Below, in pieces: positions 1 through 9,595 of a stretch of 64,000 nucleotides of DNA (its first letter is position 1; each line of letters starts with the position of its first letter). The DNA is taken from positions 50,227 through 114,226 of the IMG/VR virus record IMGVR_UViG_3300045988_122195. The stretch is one strand, 5' to 3'. The stretch comes from a virus. The notes below the pieces were generated by a model, which ran no database searches, was not told where the DNA came from, and was given only the letters and a program-made list of their open reading frames with translations. Both the position numbers and the translations under genes were made by a program.

Positions 1-28
1 AAAGAATTCTTTACTCTTAGTAGTTGCT

Positions 29-205
29 ATGGAAGAAATAAAGATTGGCAATAAAAACAGTGAAACCACAAAGAAATGTTCGATGTGCGGAAAGCCTATG
101 GTTAGAGAATGTGTGTTTGAGAATAATAAGTTTGTATATAAGGAAAGATGTTGCAATCTTTTCTGTAGAAGATATACTCCGTATTTTGAATGGAGAATAA
201 AATAA
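29..205 (+). CDS. small Cys-rich (zinc-ribbon-like) protein; frame is open to position 2 so it may be 5'-partial
   Basis: ATG at 29, TAA at 203-205; translation ...KKCSMCGKPMVRECVFENNKFVYKERCCNLFCRRY has CxxC pairs; no stop upstream in frame within the window. Confidence 0.4.
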   Translation: MEEIKIGNKNSETTKKCSMCGKPMVRECVFENNKFVYKERCCNLFCRRYTPYFEWRIK

Positions 206-422
206 TAAAAAAGATTAATGCGGTGAAAAGAACTGAAAGCCTGAGATGGTGAAAAGGTAAAGGTGAAGACTGTTAGCAATATTCCAGTCAACCGATGAGC
301 GTATGAGTTGAACCTGTGCATTCAGAATATAATACTCTGGAACAAACCGCAACCCTCACGAAGTCAGGGATAAGGATGCTCTTAAGAAGTACGAAAATGA
401 ACGTGCTTCTTATAAAGATAAT

Positions 423-977
423 ATGGAGGTGAAGATATTGGAAGGAAATATATGGGTATTCATCCATGTGATCATAATGGCTGGTAGTGCAATTTGTCTT
501 TTTTCATCATTTTTGTCTATTATTGTTCTAATCGTAGAAGAAGATGAAACAGGAATAAACTCGTCATTTAAAACATTTATTACAAGTTTGTTTATTACGG
601 TTGCAAGTTTTGTATTTCTCATATTTGGCTGTTATAAATGCGAAAAATCAACATGGAATTATTCAGATAAGCCTTATTCTACAGAATATATTGCTTCATT
701 AAATGATAGTAATATGGTCAGAGGGAGGTTTTATCTTAGACGAGGATACATAGAAGAGAATCTATATTATCAATATATGGTGAAACTAAATGGTGGTTTT
801 GTCGCAAACAAAGTGAAATCAAACAATGCTACTTTGTATTACTCTGATGATAATTTTAGAGTTGAATGGTACGAAAAAGAACGCCATTGGTTGTGGTTTC
901 AACAGAAAGAAACTTATAACAAGATTTATATTCCAAATGGAAGTATATCAGAAGAATATTCGGTTGATTTGGAATAA
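423..977 (+). CDS. hypothetical membrane protein (two predicted TM segments at N-terminus)
   Basis: 184-aa ORF in track; hydrophobic stretches IWVFIHVIIMAGSAICLFSSFLSIIVLIV and FITSLFITVASFVFLIFGCY. Confidence 0.6.
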   Translation: MEVKILEGNIWVFIHVIIMAGSAICLFSSFLSIIVLIVEEDETGINSSFKTFITSLFITVASFVFLIFGCYKCEKSTWNYSDKPYSTEYIASLNDSNMVRGRFYLRRGYIEENLYYQYMVKLNGGFVANKVKSNNATLYYSDDNFRVEWYEKERHWLWFQQKETYNKIYIPNGSISEEYSVDLE

Positions 978-989
978 GAATAAAAATTA

Positions 990-1379
990 ATGAATTTAAT
1001 TTTTCATTCGGTTTTTGTCGAAGTAGAGAATAAACAATCAGGAGGCGAAGTTGAAATGAAAATATCTGAATTACAAGCAGTTTGTAAGTACGATGACAGT
1101 GAAATGGATGAAGTTAAAAACTGCCATCCAAAACAGATTGCAAGTGAAGTAATTCCTATTCCAACTTGGAAGATTAAATATAAGTATACAACTGCTCGTG
1201 GAAATCCAAAAGAAGCAGTAAAGTATATGTTCTTAGATAAGAATGCCTGGGATTCTGTCGATCAGGAATTCATGAATTATATAGAAGAACTTAACGAAAA
1301 ACATCCGGAAAGAATGGCATCAAACGTAGAAATTCTTGATGCAGTTTATTTCGGAAAACTTTATTTAGAACTTGAATAA
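990..1379 (+). CDS. hypothetical protein
   Basis: 129-aa ORF, compact spacing after previous gene, RBS-like aggaggcg inside suggests possible internal start; no recognisable motif. Confidence 0.55.
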   Translation: MNLIFHSVFVEVENKQSGGEVEMKISELQAVCKYDDSEMDEVKNCHPKQIASEVIPIPTWKIKYKYTTARGNPKEAVKYMFLDKNAWDSVDQEFMNYIEELNEKHPERMASNVEILDAVYFGKLYLELE

Positions 1380-1574
1380 TAAATATTTTTCAATTGTAAT
1401 CAAATCCCTGTAATCAGGGTTGTACAGCGAGATGGCTTGTATTACCCAAGCAGCATAGCGACATAAGGTTAAAACGTAAAATCTTACACCATGACCTAAA
1501 ATAATTGGATTCTAAGAATAAGATAAACTCCTTTAACTAATTGGTAAAATCCAAAAGTTAAAGGAAGATTACAA

Positions 1575-2855
1575 TTGAATCCGATATACGATGAATACAT
1601 TAAATTTTTAAAAGACACTTCTGGCGAAGAATTACCTTATTTAAAAGAAGGTTTCTTCTGGCTTGATAAACAGATTATAAAAGGTTTTGATAGTCAATTT
1701 GTAGAACATAAATTTTACAGAGTTAAAGTATCAGATAACCTAGAAAAAGTAGAAATTCTAAAATTAAAATCTTATGAAGATCCATCTGAAGTAGACCTAA
1801 TAGATTGGAGAACAATGATCAACATCAAAGAAAATCATTTGAGAGAAATTGAACATGAAGCTTTATGCCTAATATGTGAAAAGATCAAAGATTATGATGT
1901 ATATACTCCAATAATACCTGTTTCTATGGGTAAAGATTCTATGGTTACATGTCATTTAGTTCGACAACTATATCCAAACACAAAAGCAATATTTAACAAC
2001 ACATCACTTGATTGTACTGACACATATAAGATGGTTAAACGATTTCCGAATTGCGAAATTATGAATCCAGACAAAGGGTTCTATCAATATGTAAAATCTG
2101 ATTCTATGATTCCGTCAAGATTTTCAAGATTCTGTTGTAGGATTTTTAAAGTTGGAGTTATGGTTTCTCAACTTGATAATAAGCATCCGTATTTAATTTT
2201 TATGGGAATGAGAAATGAAGAATCAAATACAAGAAGCAATTATCAAGACGAATGGGTTAATACTTCAGAATGGGGAGACACATGTTGGCAAGGAATACTT
2301 CCTATTAGAAAGTGGACGGAATTGGATGTTTGGCTTTATATATTTTGGAGAAATATTGAAGTTAATCCAAAATATAAAAAAGGATATTCAAGAGTTGGAT
2401 GCCATTGTGCTTGCCCGTACTATGCGAAGTCAACATGGATTCTTGATAGATATTGGTATCCAAAAGCATATAAAAGATGGAGAAATATTCTAAGAGAAGA
2501 TTTTATTAACAATCAGAAATGGTTGATTATGAACTGTACACTCGAAGAGTATCTTACTCAAGCATGGAATGGTGGCGTGTTCAGAAGTGAGCCAACACAA
2601 GAAGTGATTGACGAATTTGTAAAGTATACAGGAATTGATAAACAGATTGCGCTGCAATATTTTAATAAGAAATGTTGTGAGTGCAATAAGAGAATAAAAC
2701 ATAAGGAAGTTCTTTCAATGAACTTAAAAATACATGGAAGACAAGTTAGTAAATTCTATTGTAAGAAATGTTTGATGAAAGAATTCGATTGGACACAAGA
2801 AGATTGGGACAAGCAGGTGGAGTCGTTTAAGGCTCAAGGTTGTGCGTTGTTCTAG
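1575..2855 (+). CDS. PAPS reductase-like / PP-loop ATP pyrophosphatase family protein with Cys-rich C-terminal extension
   Basis: 426 aa; PP-loop-like motif VSMGKDSMV (SGGxDS-type); C-terminal CHCACPYY and CCECNKR...CKKC cysteine clusters; TTG start in track. Confidence 0.7.
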   Translation: MNPIYDEYIKFLKDTSGEELPYLKEGFFWLDKQIIKGFDSQFVEHKFYRVKVSDNLEKVEILKLKSYEDPSEVDLIDWRTMINIKENHLREIEHEALCLICEKIKDYDVYTPIIPVSMGKDSMVTCHLVRQLYPNTKAIFNNTSLDCTDTYKMVKRFPNCEIMNPDKGFYQYVKSDSMIPSRFSRFCCRIFKVGVMVSQLDNKHPYLIFMGMRNEESNTRSNYQDEWVNTSEWGDTCWQGILPIRKWTELDVWLYIFWRNIEVNPKYKKGYSRVGCHCACPYYAKSTWILDRYWYPKAYKRWRNILREDFINNQKWLIMNCTLEEYLTQAWNGGVFRSEPTQEVIDEFVKYTGIDKQIALQYFNKKCCECNKRIKHKEVLSMNLKIHGRQVSKFYCKKCLMKEFDWTQEDWDKQVESFKAQGCALF

Positions 2856-2885
2856 GTTTTATTGGTAGAAAGGTGGTGAAAAGTA

Positions 2886-3242
2886 GTGTATCCGAGTGAG
2901 TTTTTTAAGAATTGTTCTCTAAGGACAGGAATTGACGTATTTGAAATTTATGATACAGATTTAAAAGAAAAATTAAAAAATGTGCATCCAAAGAATTTCT
3001 TAAAAACAACAATCACATTGCCAGTATATAAAGTCAATTTATCCTATCGTACTGAAAAAGATAATTACAAAACAGTTGACAGATATGCAGTAATGGACTC
3101 AAGTGCAGAAGATGAGTATTTTGATTTCTGGATTGATATGCTTATAAGAGATTATAACAGTAATAATCCAAATCATAAGATGGTAGATTGTGAAATAAAC
3201 AGCATTGAAAGACTTTGCGAAGCTGTGCTACCAATTGGTTAG
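2886..3242 (+). CDS. hypothetical protein
   Basis: 118-aa ORF between the two PP-loop genes; no motif recognised. Confidence 0.5.
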   Translation: MYPSEFFKNCSLRTGIDVFEIYDTDLKEKLKNVHPKNFLKTTITLPVYKVNLSYRTEKDNYKTVDRYAVMDSSAEDEYFDFWIDMLIRDYNSNNPNHKMVDCEINSIERLCEAVLPIG

Positions 3243-3421
3243 CTTTTCACCATATGTATTTAATACCTTTGTGCAGCAAAGGTTGTCACGATGATTTATA
3301 GAAGACGGATCATTGGTTAATATAAATCGAAAAAGCAATGTGATAGTGACGTAAAAAGACACTCACGAAGTATGGCTTTGCCTCATTGAAATGAAATAAA
3401 TTTCAGTGAGGAAAGTACATA

Positions 3422-4432
3422 TTGGTACAGAAAGCTAATACAATTGAGGAATTATTAAAAGGTTGTCCTGTAAATCAAACGATTTGTGATAATTTGATTC
3501 GTGCATGGGCAATTATCAACAATGATAAATATGAGAAAATCATTTGTTCAATTTCAGGCGGTTCAGACAGTGATGTGATGTTAGATATCGTTTGGAGATG
3601 TGACAAAGACAATAAAGTAGATTATGTATGGTTTGATACTGGATTAGAATATCGAGCCACAAAAGAGCATTTAAAATATCTTGAAGAAAAATATGATATT
3701 ACGTTTCATTCTTATAGGGCTATAAAACCTATTCCAACGTCCTGCAAGGAATATGGACAACCGTTTTTATCAAAACAAGTCAGTGAATTTATCCAAAGAT
3801 TACAAAAACATAATTTTCAATGGGAAGATGAAGATTTCAACACATTATATAAGAAATATCCAAAATGTAAGTCTGCCTTAGAGTGGTGGTGTTGTAACAA
3901 AGGTAATGACAGTTGCTTTAATATTACCAGGAACAAATGGTTAAAAGAATTTATGGTTGCTAATCCACCAACATTTAATATTTCAAACAAGTGTTGTAAA
4001 TATGCAAAAAAAGATGTTGCACATAGCATTGTAAAGTATGGAATAGACGGTAAATTATTTGATCTACAGATTATAGGTATTAGGAAAGCTGAAGGTGGTG
4101 CTAGATCAACAGCGTACAAATCATGCTTTGACGACAATAATGACATTGACAATTATAGACCTCTATTCTGGTACAAAGATTCAGATAAAGAAGATTATGA
4201 GAAAGTGTATGGAATTGTTCATAGTGATTGTTATTCGGAATATGGTTTAAAGCGCACTGGTTGCTGTGGTTGCCCTTATGGTAGAGATTTTGAGAATGAA
4301 TTAGATGTAATTAAGAAGTATGAACCTAAACTGTATAAAGCAGTAACAAATATTTTCAAGGATTCTTATGAATATACAAGAAAGTATGTGGAGTTTAGAA
4401 AAATGATGGATGAGAAGGAGAGAATAAGATAA
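3422..4432 (+). CDS. PAPS reductase-like / PP-loop ATPase family protein (paralog of 1575..2855)
   Basis: 336 aa; canonical PP-loop ISGGSDSDVMLDIV; C-terminal CCGCPYG cluster; TTG start preceded by gaggaaag RBS. Confidence 0.7.
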   Translation: MVQKANTIEELLKGCPVNQTICDNLIRAWAIINNDKYEKIICSISGGSDSDVMLDIVWRCDKDNKVDYVWFDTGLEYRATKEHLKYLEEKYDITFHSYRAIKPIPTSCKEYGQPFLSKQVSEFIQRLQKHNFQWEDEDFNTLYKKYPKCKSALEWWCCNKGNDSCFNITRNKWLKEFMVANPPTFNISNKCCKYAKKDVAHSIVKYGIDGKLFDLQIIGIRKAEGGARSTAYKSCFDDNNDIDNYRPLFWYKDSDKEDYEKVYGIVHSDCYSEYGLKRTGCCGCPYGRDFENELDVIKKYEPKLYKAVTNIFKDSYEYTRKYVEFRKMMDEKERIR

Positions 4433-4674
4433 TGAAAATTAAAAACCTTAAAGACGTAGAAACATTTCTCAATGTAGTAAATGAATGCAAAGGCGATGTA
4501 ACTCTTACATCACAGTATGGAGATAAATTCAATCTTAAATCTGCATTGACACAGTATGTAGCTATTGCAGCGTTAGTCGGAGAGCATGGTGATGAACTTG
4601 AGCTGTGGTGTTCCGATAAGGAAGATGAGATGAAATTTCTCAAGATGTTTGATGAGAATCCAGAGATGGTATAG
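4432..4674 (+). CDS. hypothetical protein
   Basis: 80-aa ORF; start ATG overlaps stop of upstream gene (ataATGa); translational coupling. Confidence 0.5.
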   Translation: MKIKNLKDVETFLNVVNECKGDVTLTSQYGDKFNLKSALTQYVAIAALVGEHGDELELWCSDKEDEMKFLKMFDENPEMV

Positions 4675-4828
4675 ATATAGAGAATAAATAAAATATAACC
4701 ACTATATGTTGTGTTGCTAATAGTATATATAGTATACTGGAGCATACATATATACAATATATAGTGATAAAATCACGACGAAATTCTTGGTAATGTGTAC
4801 ATAGATATGGAACAGGATGGTGAATAAT

Positions 4829-4984
4829 AATGAAGTTAAAACAGGTAAATAAATGTAGAGAATGTTTATATTATCATGATAAAAACAATACTTGTCAGTC
4901 TAAAAAATGTTCAACTTACGGGCATGGATATGTTAACTGGTGGGATCAATTGTTTTGCAAACCGTATAAAGGAGAAAATAAATA
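4829..4984 (+). CDS. small Cys-rich protein (not in ORF track, <60 aa)
   Basis: ATG at 4829 ... MKLKQVNKCRECLYYHDKNNTCQSKKCSTYGHGYVNWWDQLFCKPYKGENK, preceded by gga RBS-like; CxxC..C..C pattern. Confidence 0.3.
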
Positions 4985-5248
4985 ATGAAAATATTAGCGG
5001 TACATAATTACCATATCAAGAAAATAAAAACAGAAAGAGAATATTGTTGTTCATGCAGTAAATGTGGCACAGTCTTTGTTTTTGAAAGGTCTGAAGTAAC
5101 TATCCCAAGATGTATTAATCCGAAGCCTGAATATTGTACTATTATGTGTCCTAATTGTAAAAACATCATGTCATTAGATGTATGCAATGAATTCATTACA
5201 ACTGAAGACAAAGAGAATTTCTACAAACAATATATGGATAATATATAA
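4985..5248 (+). CDS. zinc-ribbon protein
   Basis: 87 aa; CCSCSKCGT ... CPNCKN cysteine pairs; RBS ggagaaaataaataATG. Confidence 0.5.
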   Translation: MKILAVHNYHIKKIKTEREYCCSCSKCGTVFVFERSEVTIPRCINPKPEYCTIMCPNCKNIMSLDVCNEFITTEDKENFYKQYMDNI

Positions 5249-5291
5249 AATTTTGGTTTCATTTTAGCTGGCTCTCGTCATTGAGAGTCAG

Positions 5292-5720
5292 TTGACTAAA
5301 AGGAGAAGAATAATGATAGAACTTAATGTAAATTTTGAAGAATTGGAACACATGGATTTAGAGGAAGCTAAGGAAATCGTAAGCCACTTCAACAATGAAG
5401 ATTGGTATGAAGAACTTGGAGCAACCGTTAATGGTGTTGAATATGGTTTAGATATTGTAGATGATGGTGATTGGGACGACCAAGGAAAATATCAGTACAA
5501 AGATGTAACAGGTATTTTGTGTAAAACCTCAGAAGATGGTTCAGTTACAAAATATGATATTGCAGTCACACAATATATCACAAGATGTGGTTCTTACTTC
5601 TCTGAATATAACTATGAGTACGTACCATTACAAGTAGATCAGTTAGTTCAGAAAGTAATTTCACAGCAGATTATTCCAGAGAGAACGGTGGTTACTTTTG
5701 CAGATAAGGAGAATAATTAA
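5292..5720 (+). CDS. hypothetical acidic protein
   Basis: 142-aa ORF; RBS aaaggagaagaataATG. Confidence 0.55.
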   Translation: MTKRRRIMIELNVNFEELEHMDLEEAKEIVSHFNNEDWYEELGATVNGVEYGLDIVDDGDWDDQGKYQYKDVTGILCKTSEDGSVTKYDIAVTQYITRCGSYFSEYNYEYVPLQVDQLVQKVISQQIIPERTVVTFADKENN

Positions 5721-5721
5721 T

Positions 5722-5952
5722 ATGAGAATTATTAGCCAGGATAAAACAATTGACGTTCCTTATGACAATGTTGTGCTTACAATTGAGCCAACAAGTTTTA
5801 AAGGAAGTGACGATGTAGATATCTATGCTAAATATTATGGCGAACGATACCACATGGCTACATATGGAAGTATGGATAGAGCTGTTAGTGTTGTGAAAGA
5901 TATCTACAGTTCATTTGATAATAAGAAATATTACACGATGTACACAATATAA
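5722..5952 (+). CDS. hypothetical protein (track ORF 5698..5952; ATG at 5722 after aggagaataattaat RBS is the likelier start)
   Basis: ORF track plus RBS position. Confidence 0.5.
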   Translation: MRIISQDKTIDVPYDNVVLTIEPTSFKGSDDVDIYAKYYGERYHMATYGSMDRAVSVVKDIYSSFDNKKYYTMYTI

Positions 5953-6017
5953 TTAGATGGGCTGTGTGGTAGTCAAACATTGCGCAGCTATTCACAAATA
6001 TGGAGAGAATAATAATT

Positions 6018-6275
6018 ATGGCAAAGCAAACAGAAGATTATTTATCACTCAAACCACTTGCAGAAAGATTCCAAGAAGCTGCGAACAGAATTACAGATGA
6101 AGAATTGGATTGTATTATTCGCTCAAAAATTAAAGAACAGATTGAAGAGCAAATAGATTTCAGTTCTTTGGGAATAGCAATCGAAGAAACTGTTGAGAAC
6201 TGGCTTGATGATAACGAAAATTGTAACTTTGTTTTGGACACATTAAAGAAAAGTATAGAAAGGAGATTACGCTAA
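6018..6275 (+). CDS. hypothetical protein (track 6000..6275; internal ATG 6018 MAKQTED follows ggagagaataataatt)
   Basis: ORF track, RBS. Confidence 0.5.
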   Translation: MAKQTEDYLSLKPLAERFQEAANRITDEELDCIIRSKIKEQIEEQIDFSSLGIAIEETVENWLDDNENCNFVLDTLKKSIERRLR

Positions 6276-6634
6276 TGACCACAGAAGAAATGAATCAGAG
6301 AACATTGTTCCTCATTAAAAATATTATTGAGAATGGGTTTGATCTTATCGAAAATCCGGAAGATTATGAAGAATATGGATTTAATGCTTGGCAGGTTTTA
6401 GCTAAAATCAGTGGAATTCTTGTTGCGTTAAATGAATTTGAAGAAAAAGATATAAAGAAAAATTCTTACGAATCTGCAATTTTAGAAACTAAAAATCAAA
6501 CTATAGGAAAATTAGCTAATAACATTACAGTTGCAATCAATCGTTATAACAGTATGTTGCCTATATCCGATGGTAGAAGAATTGACGAGTGTAAAACTGT
6601 AAATGATGAATACATTTACGAATTTGTGAGGTAA
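6275..6634 (+). CDS. hypothetical protein
   Basis: 119 aa; start overlaps previous stop (gctaATGa). Confidence 0.55.
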   Translation: MTTEEMNQRTLFLIKNIIENGFDLIENPEDYEEYGFNAWQVLAKISGILVALNEFEEKDIKKNSYESAILETKNQTIGKLANNITVAINRYNSMLPISDGRRIDECKTVNDEYIYEFVR

Positions 6635-6640
6635 TGAATT

Positions 6641-7357
6641 GTGAAGAGACAGATTAGAAGATGTGTATTTGAGACTAATTCGTCAAGTATGCATTCTCTT
6701 TGTGTGATGAAAATAGATGAATATTATACACCAGAAGAAATCTCTAAGAATTTCTTTTTGTGGAACAACAAAGAAACAGGTGAAGAAAAGTGTGAATGGC
6801 ATATTTGGGATGGAGATTTAGAGTTTGGCAGAAGTCCTTTCAGAGTATTATGTAATTTCCATGATAAATGGTTATATGCTTGTGCCTCATTAGTAAGAGA
6901 ATATAATGATGAGACATATAAAGAATTAGAATCAATTGCATTAAAGCATGTTCCAGGACTTAAAAAGGTTGTTATTCCTATGGTTTCGGATTCATTCGCT
7001 GATAAAAACCATCCAGAGAATAAAGATAATGATTATGCACAGGAATATGGTAAAACAGAGGACGAGCTTAATGAATGGCTTGAACAGAAAGAAAAAGCAT
7101 GGGGTATTGATACACTTACATATTGGGAAAGTGAGAATGGATATTTTCATTTTGAAAAACCTTTTATGGGTTGTGTTGACAAAAATATCTTAGGCGGTTT
7201 TCTTGAGAAAGAGAATATATCATTAGAGGAATATTTAATCAATAAAAAGTATGTTGTTATTCAGGATGGTGATGAATATTGCGAGTTTGGCAACTTCAAA
7301 AGAAGTGGTTTGATCAATTTAGATGTGATTGAGCATGAATATCCAAAAGAATATTAA
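6641..7357 (+). CDS. conserved hypothetical protein, paralog A (N-terminal motif QIRRCVFETNSSSMH)
   Basis: 238 aa, GTG start; N-terminal 20 residues nearly identical to next ORF. Confidence 0.6.
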   Translation: MKRQIRRCVFETNSSSMHSLCVMKIDEYYTPEEISKNFFLWNNKETGEEKCEWHIWDGDLEFGRSPFRVLCNFHDKWLYACASLVREYNDETYKELESIALKHVPGLKKVVIPMVSDSFADKNHPENKDNDYAQEYGKTEDELNEWLEQKEKAWGIDTLTYWESENGYFHFEKPFMGCVDKNILGGFLEKENISLEEYLINKKYVVIQDGDEYCEFGNFKRSGLINLDVIEHEYPKEY

Positions 7358-7369
7358 GGAGTAAATATT

Positions 7370-7762
7370 ATGAAGAAACAGATTAGACGTGGAACTTTCG
7401 AAACAAATAGTAGCTCAATGCATGTAATCGTGATGTGTATGGAATCGGATTATGACAGATGGCAGGAAGGTAATTTATATCTTTTTACAGGTTCAGGTTG
7501 GTGCTATCCAGATAATAACAAACCTGAAAAGAATCATTTCTATACTAGAGAAGAAGCGATTGAATTTGAGAAGACAAACAAATATGAAAGAGAAGATGTT
7601 AATTGGACAGATGAAGAGGAAATAAATAAAATCCTTCGTGAAAACGAATTCTATGATTATGAATATTTTTGGAATGAGTATTGTGAAGATTATGAAGACT
7701 ATGAAGAAACATTGACAACCCCAAATGGAGATAAGGTTGTGGCATTTGGATATTATGGTTAG
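7370..7762 (+). CDS. conserved hypothetical protein, paralog B (N-terminal motif QIRRGTFETNSSSMH)
   Basis: 130 aa; shares MK(R/K)QIRR..FETNSSSMH with 6641..7357; acidic D/E/Y-rich C-terminus. Confidence 0.6.
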   Translation: MKKQIRRGTFETNSSSMHVIVMCMESDYDRWQEGNLYLFTGSGWCYPDNNKPEKNHFYTREEAIEFEKTNKYEREDVNWTDEEEINKILRENEFYDYEYFWNEYCEDYEDYEETLTTPNGDKVVAFGYYG

Positions 7763-7785
7763 ATAATTAGGAGAGGTAATGAAGA

Positions 7786-8682
7786 ATGGAATTATTAGGA
7801 AGATATAAGAATGGCAATTATGTTACGACTATTCTGAGTGATGGAACGAGAATAAGAGAGACAAATGATGATGAGTTTATTTCTGATCATGCTGAAAACA
7901 TGGATATAAAAATTACGAATGCTTGTTCAGCAGGTTGTCCGTTTTGCCACGAGGGTTCAATGAAAGATGGTAAACATGGAGACATTTTAAACGAAAAGTT
8001 TGTTGACACTTTGTATCCATTTCAGGAGGCAGCAATCGGTGGTGGAAACGTACTTGAACATCCTGATTTAATTCCATTCTTAGAAAAACTCAAAGAAAAG
8101 AAGGTTATTGCAAATATCACAGTTAATCAGGTTCACTTTGAAAAAGAGCAGAAATTGATCAGAAAACTTGTTGATGAAAAATTAATCTATGGACTTGGCG
8201 TATCTCTTGTAAAACCAACAGAAAAATTTATTAATCTTATAAATCAGTATCCTAATGCAGTTGTTCATGTAATCAATGGTGTATTAACTGCGTCTGATGC
8301 GAAGGTTATGGAGAATAACAATATAAAGATGCTTATTCTAGGATACAAACATCTTAGAAGAGGTGATGTTTATTTTAAACATGAGAAAGAAAGAATCGAA
8401 GCAAATCAGAAATGGCTGTATGGGAACTTAGCTGATATTACAAATAAATTCAAGGTTGTAAGTTTTGACAATCTTGCGATTGGGCAGCTTAATGTAAAAA
8501 GATTATTGTCTGAAGACGAATGGGAAGAGTTCTACCAAGGAGAAGACGGAAGTTCAACTTATTACATTGATATGGTAGAGCGTAAATTTGCCAAAAGTTC
8601 AACTGCGCCATTTAATAAAAGGTATGATTTATTGGATTCTGTGGATGAGATGTTTAAAGTGATTCGAAACGAGAATAATTAA
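7786..8682 (+). CDS. radical SAM domain protein
   Basis: 298 aa; CxxxCxxC motif ITNACSAGCPFCHEG near N-terminus; RBS aggagaggtaatgaagaATG. Confidence 0.65.
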   Translation: MELLGRYKNGNYVTTILSDGTRIRETNDDEFISDHAENMDIKITNACSAGCPFCHEGSMKDGKHGDILNEKFVDTLYPFQEAAIGGGNVLEHPDLIPFLEKLKEKKVIANITVNQVHFEKEQKLIRKLVDEKLIYGLGVSLVKPTEKFINLINQYPNAVVHVINGVLTASDAKVMENNNIKMLILGYKHLRRGDVYFKHEKERIEANQKWLYGNLADITNKFKVVSFDNLAIGQLNVKRLLSEDEWEEFYQGEDGSSTYYIDMVERKFAKSSTAPFNKRYDLLDSVDEMFKVIRNENN

Positions 8683-8719
8683 ATGGAATCTATTTGATAC
8701 ACTAGGAAAAAATTAATTT

Positions 8720-9595
8720 ATGAAAATATTAAAAAAATGGAGTAAAACAATAGAATGTGACACATGTAAGTGCGAACTTGAATATGGAATTGAAGATTTA
8801 AAGTCTAAAACAAGATATACATATTCAACTGAATTGGATGAATCATATATTGAAAACACAGAAGAGTTTACTTATATAATTTGTCCGTATTGTCAAAATA
8901 AAATAATAATAAATAAAACAATTATTCCATATGAAAAAGGAAACAAAGAAGAATTTTATAATGAAAAGGAGAATAAAAAGATGATGAATAATTTATTGAA
9001 TGGAATGTTTGGGAAAGTTGGAAATGGAATGTGCAGACTATCAATGAATGGCAACATTGCAGTAAAAACATCTAGTGGATACAAAACATACAATTTAAAG
9101 ACCGGAAGACTCACAAATTGCGATAGCTTTGTATTTAATATTGGAGAGGAATTTTTCTTTGTGATTCCTACAAATAAAGTTTCAGAAGGAGACATTATCC
9201 TTGTAAATGGGAAACCAAAATGTGTTATTGAAGCAGAAAAGAATAAAATTACTGTGATAAATTACGAAGATTCCACAATTGACACAATTCTTCCTGAAAG
9301 ACATGTGTTTATGGGTAATACATATTTCTATGGAAAGATTGTTTCAATGTTTGGAAATGATGCAGTAAAAGGCAAAAAAGGAAAAAACAATATCTTTAAA
9401 TATATGATGCTTTCTCAGATGATGAATGGAAACGATAACAATGCAGTGGGTATGGCTAATTCAAACAACAATATGAGTGCAATGTTACCATTTATGATGA
9501 TGGGTGGAAATATGGGCGAAATGTTTGACGGTATGTTTGATTTTGATATGAATGACGGAGACGAAGTAGAGAATTCAGAAGAGGAGGATGCATAA
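8720..9595 (+). CDS. zinc-ribbon protein with Met/Asn/Gly-rich low-complexity region and acidic tail
   Basis: 291 aa; CDTCKC...CPYCQNK ribbon; MMLSQMMNGNDNN...MMMGGNMGEMFDGMFDFDMNDGDEVENSEEEDA. Confidence 0.55.
   Translation: MKILKKWSKTIECDTCKCELEYGIEDLKSKTRYTYSTELDESYIENTEEFTYIICPYCQNKIIINKTIIPYEKGNKEEFYNEKENKKMMNNLLNGMFGKVGNGMCRLSMNGNIAVKTSSGYKTYNLKTGRLTNCDSFVFNIGEEFFFVIPTNKVSEGDIILVNGKPKCVIEAEKNKITVINYEDSTIDTILPERHVFMGNTYFYGKIVSMFGNDAVKGKKGKNNIFKYMMLSQMMNGNDNNAVGMANSNNNMSAMLPFMMMGGNMGEMFDGMFDFDMNDGDEVENSEEEDA

Noticed and set aside
1400-1440. preQ1-type riboswitch upstream of the PP-loop gene
   Set aside because: The hairpin loop (4 nt) and downstream tail do not fit the preQ1-I consensus (larger loop plus A-rich pseudoknot tail) as far as I can judge by eye.
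2215-2702. Nested ORFs 2215..2493 (+) and 2490..2702 (-) inside the first PP-loop gene
   Set aside because: Fully contained in a longer ORF with recognisable motifs; no RBS.
3817-4757. Minus-strand ORFs 3817..4152 and 4395..4757
   Set aside because: Antisense to well-supported plus-strand genes; Ser/Leu/Ile-rich composition; the whole window is co-oriented on the plus strand.
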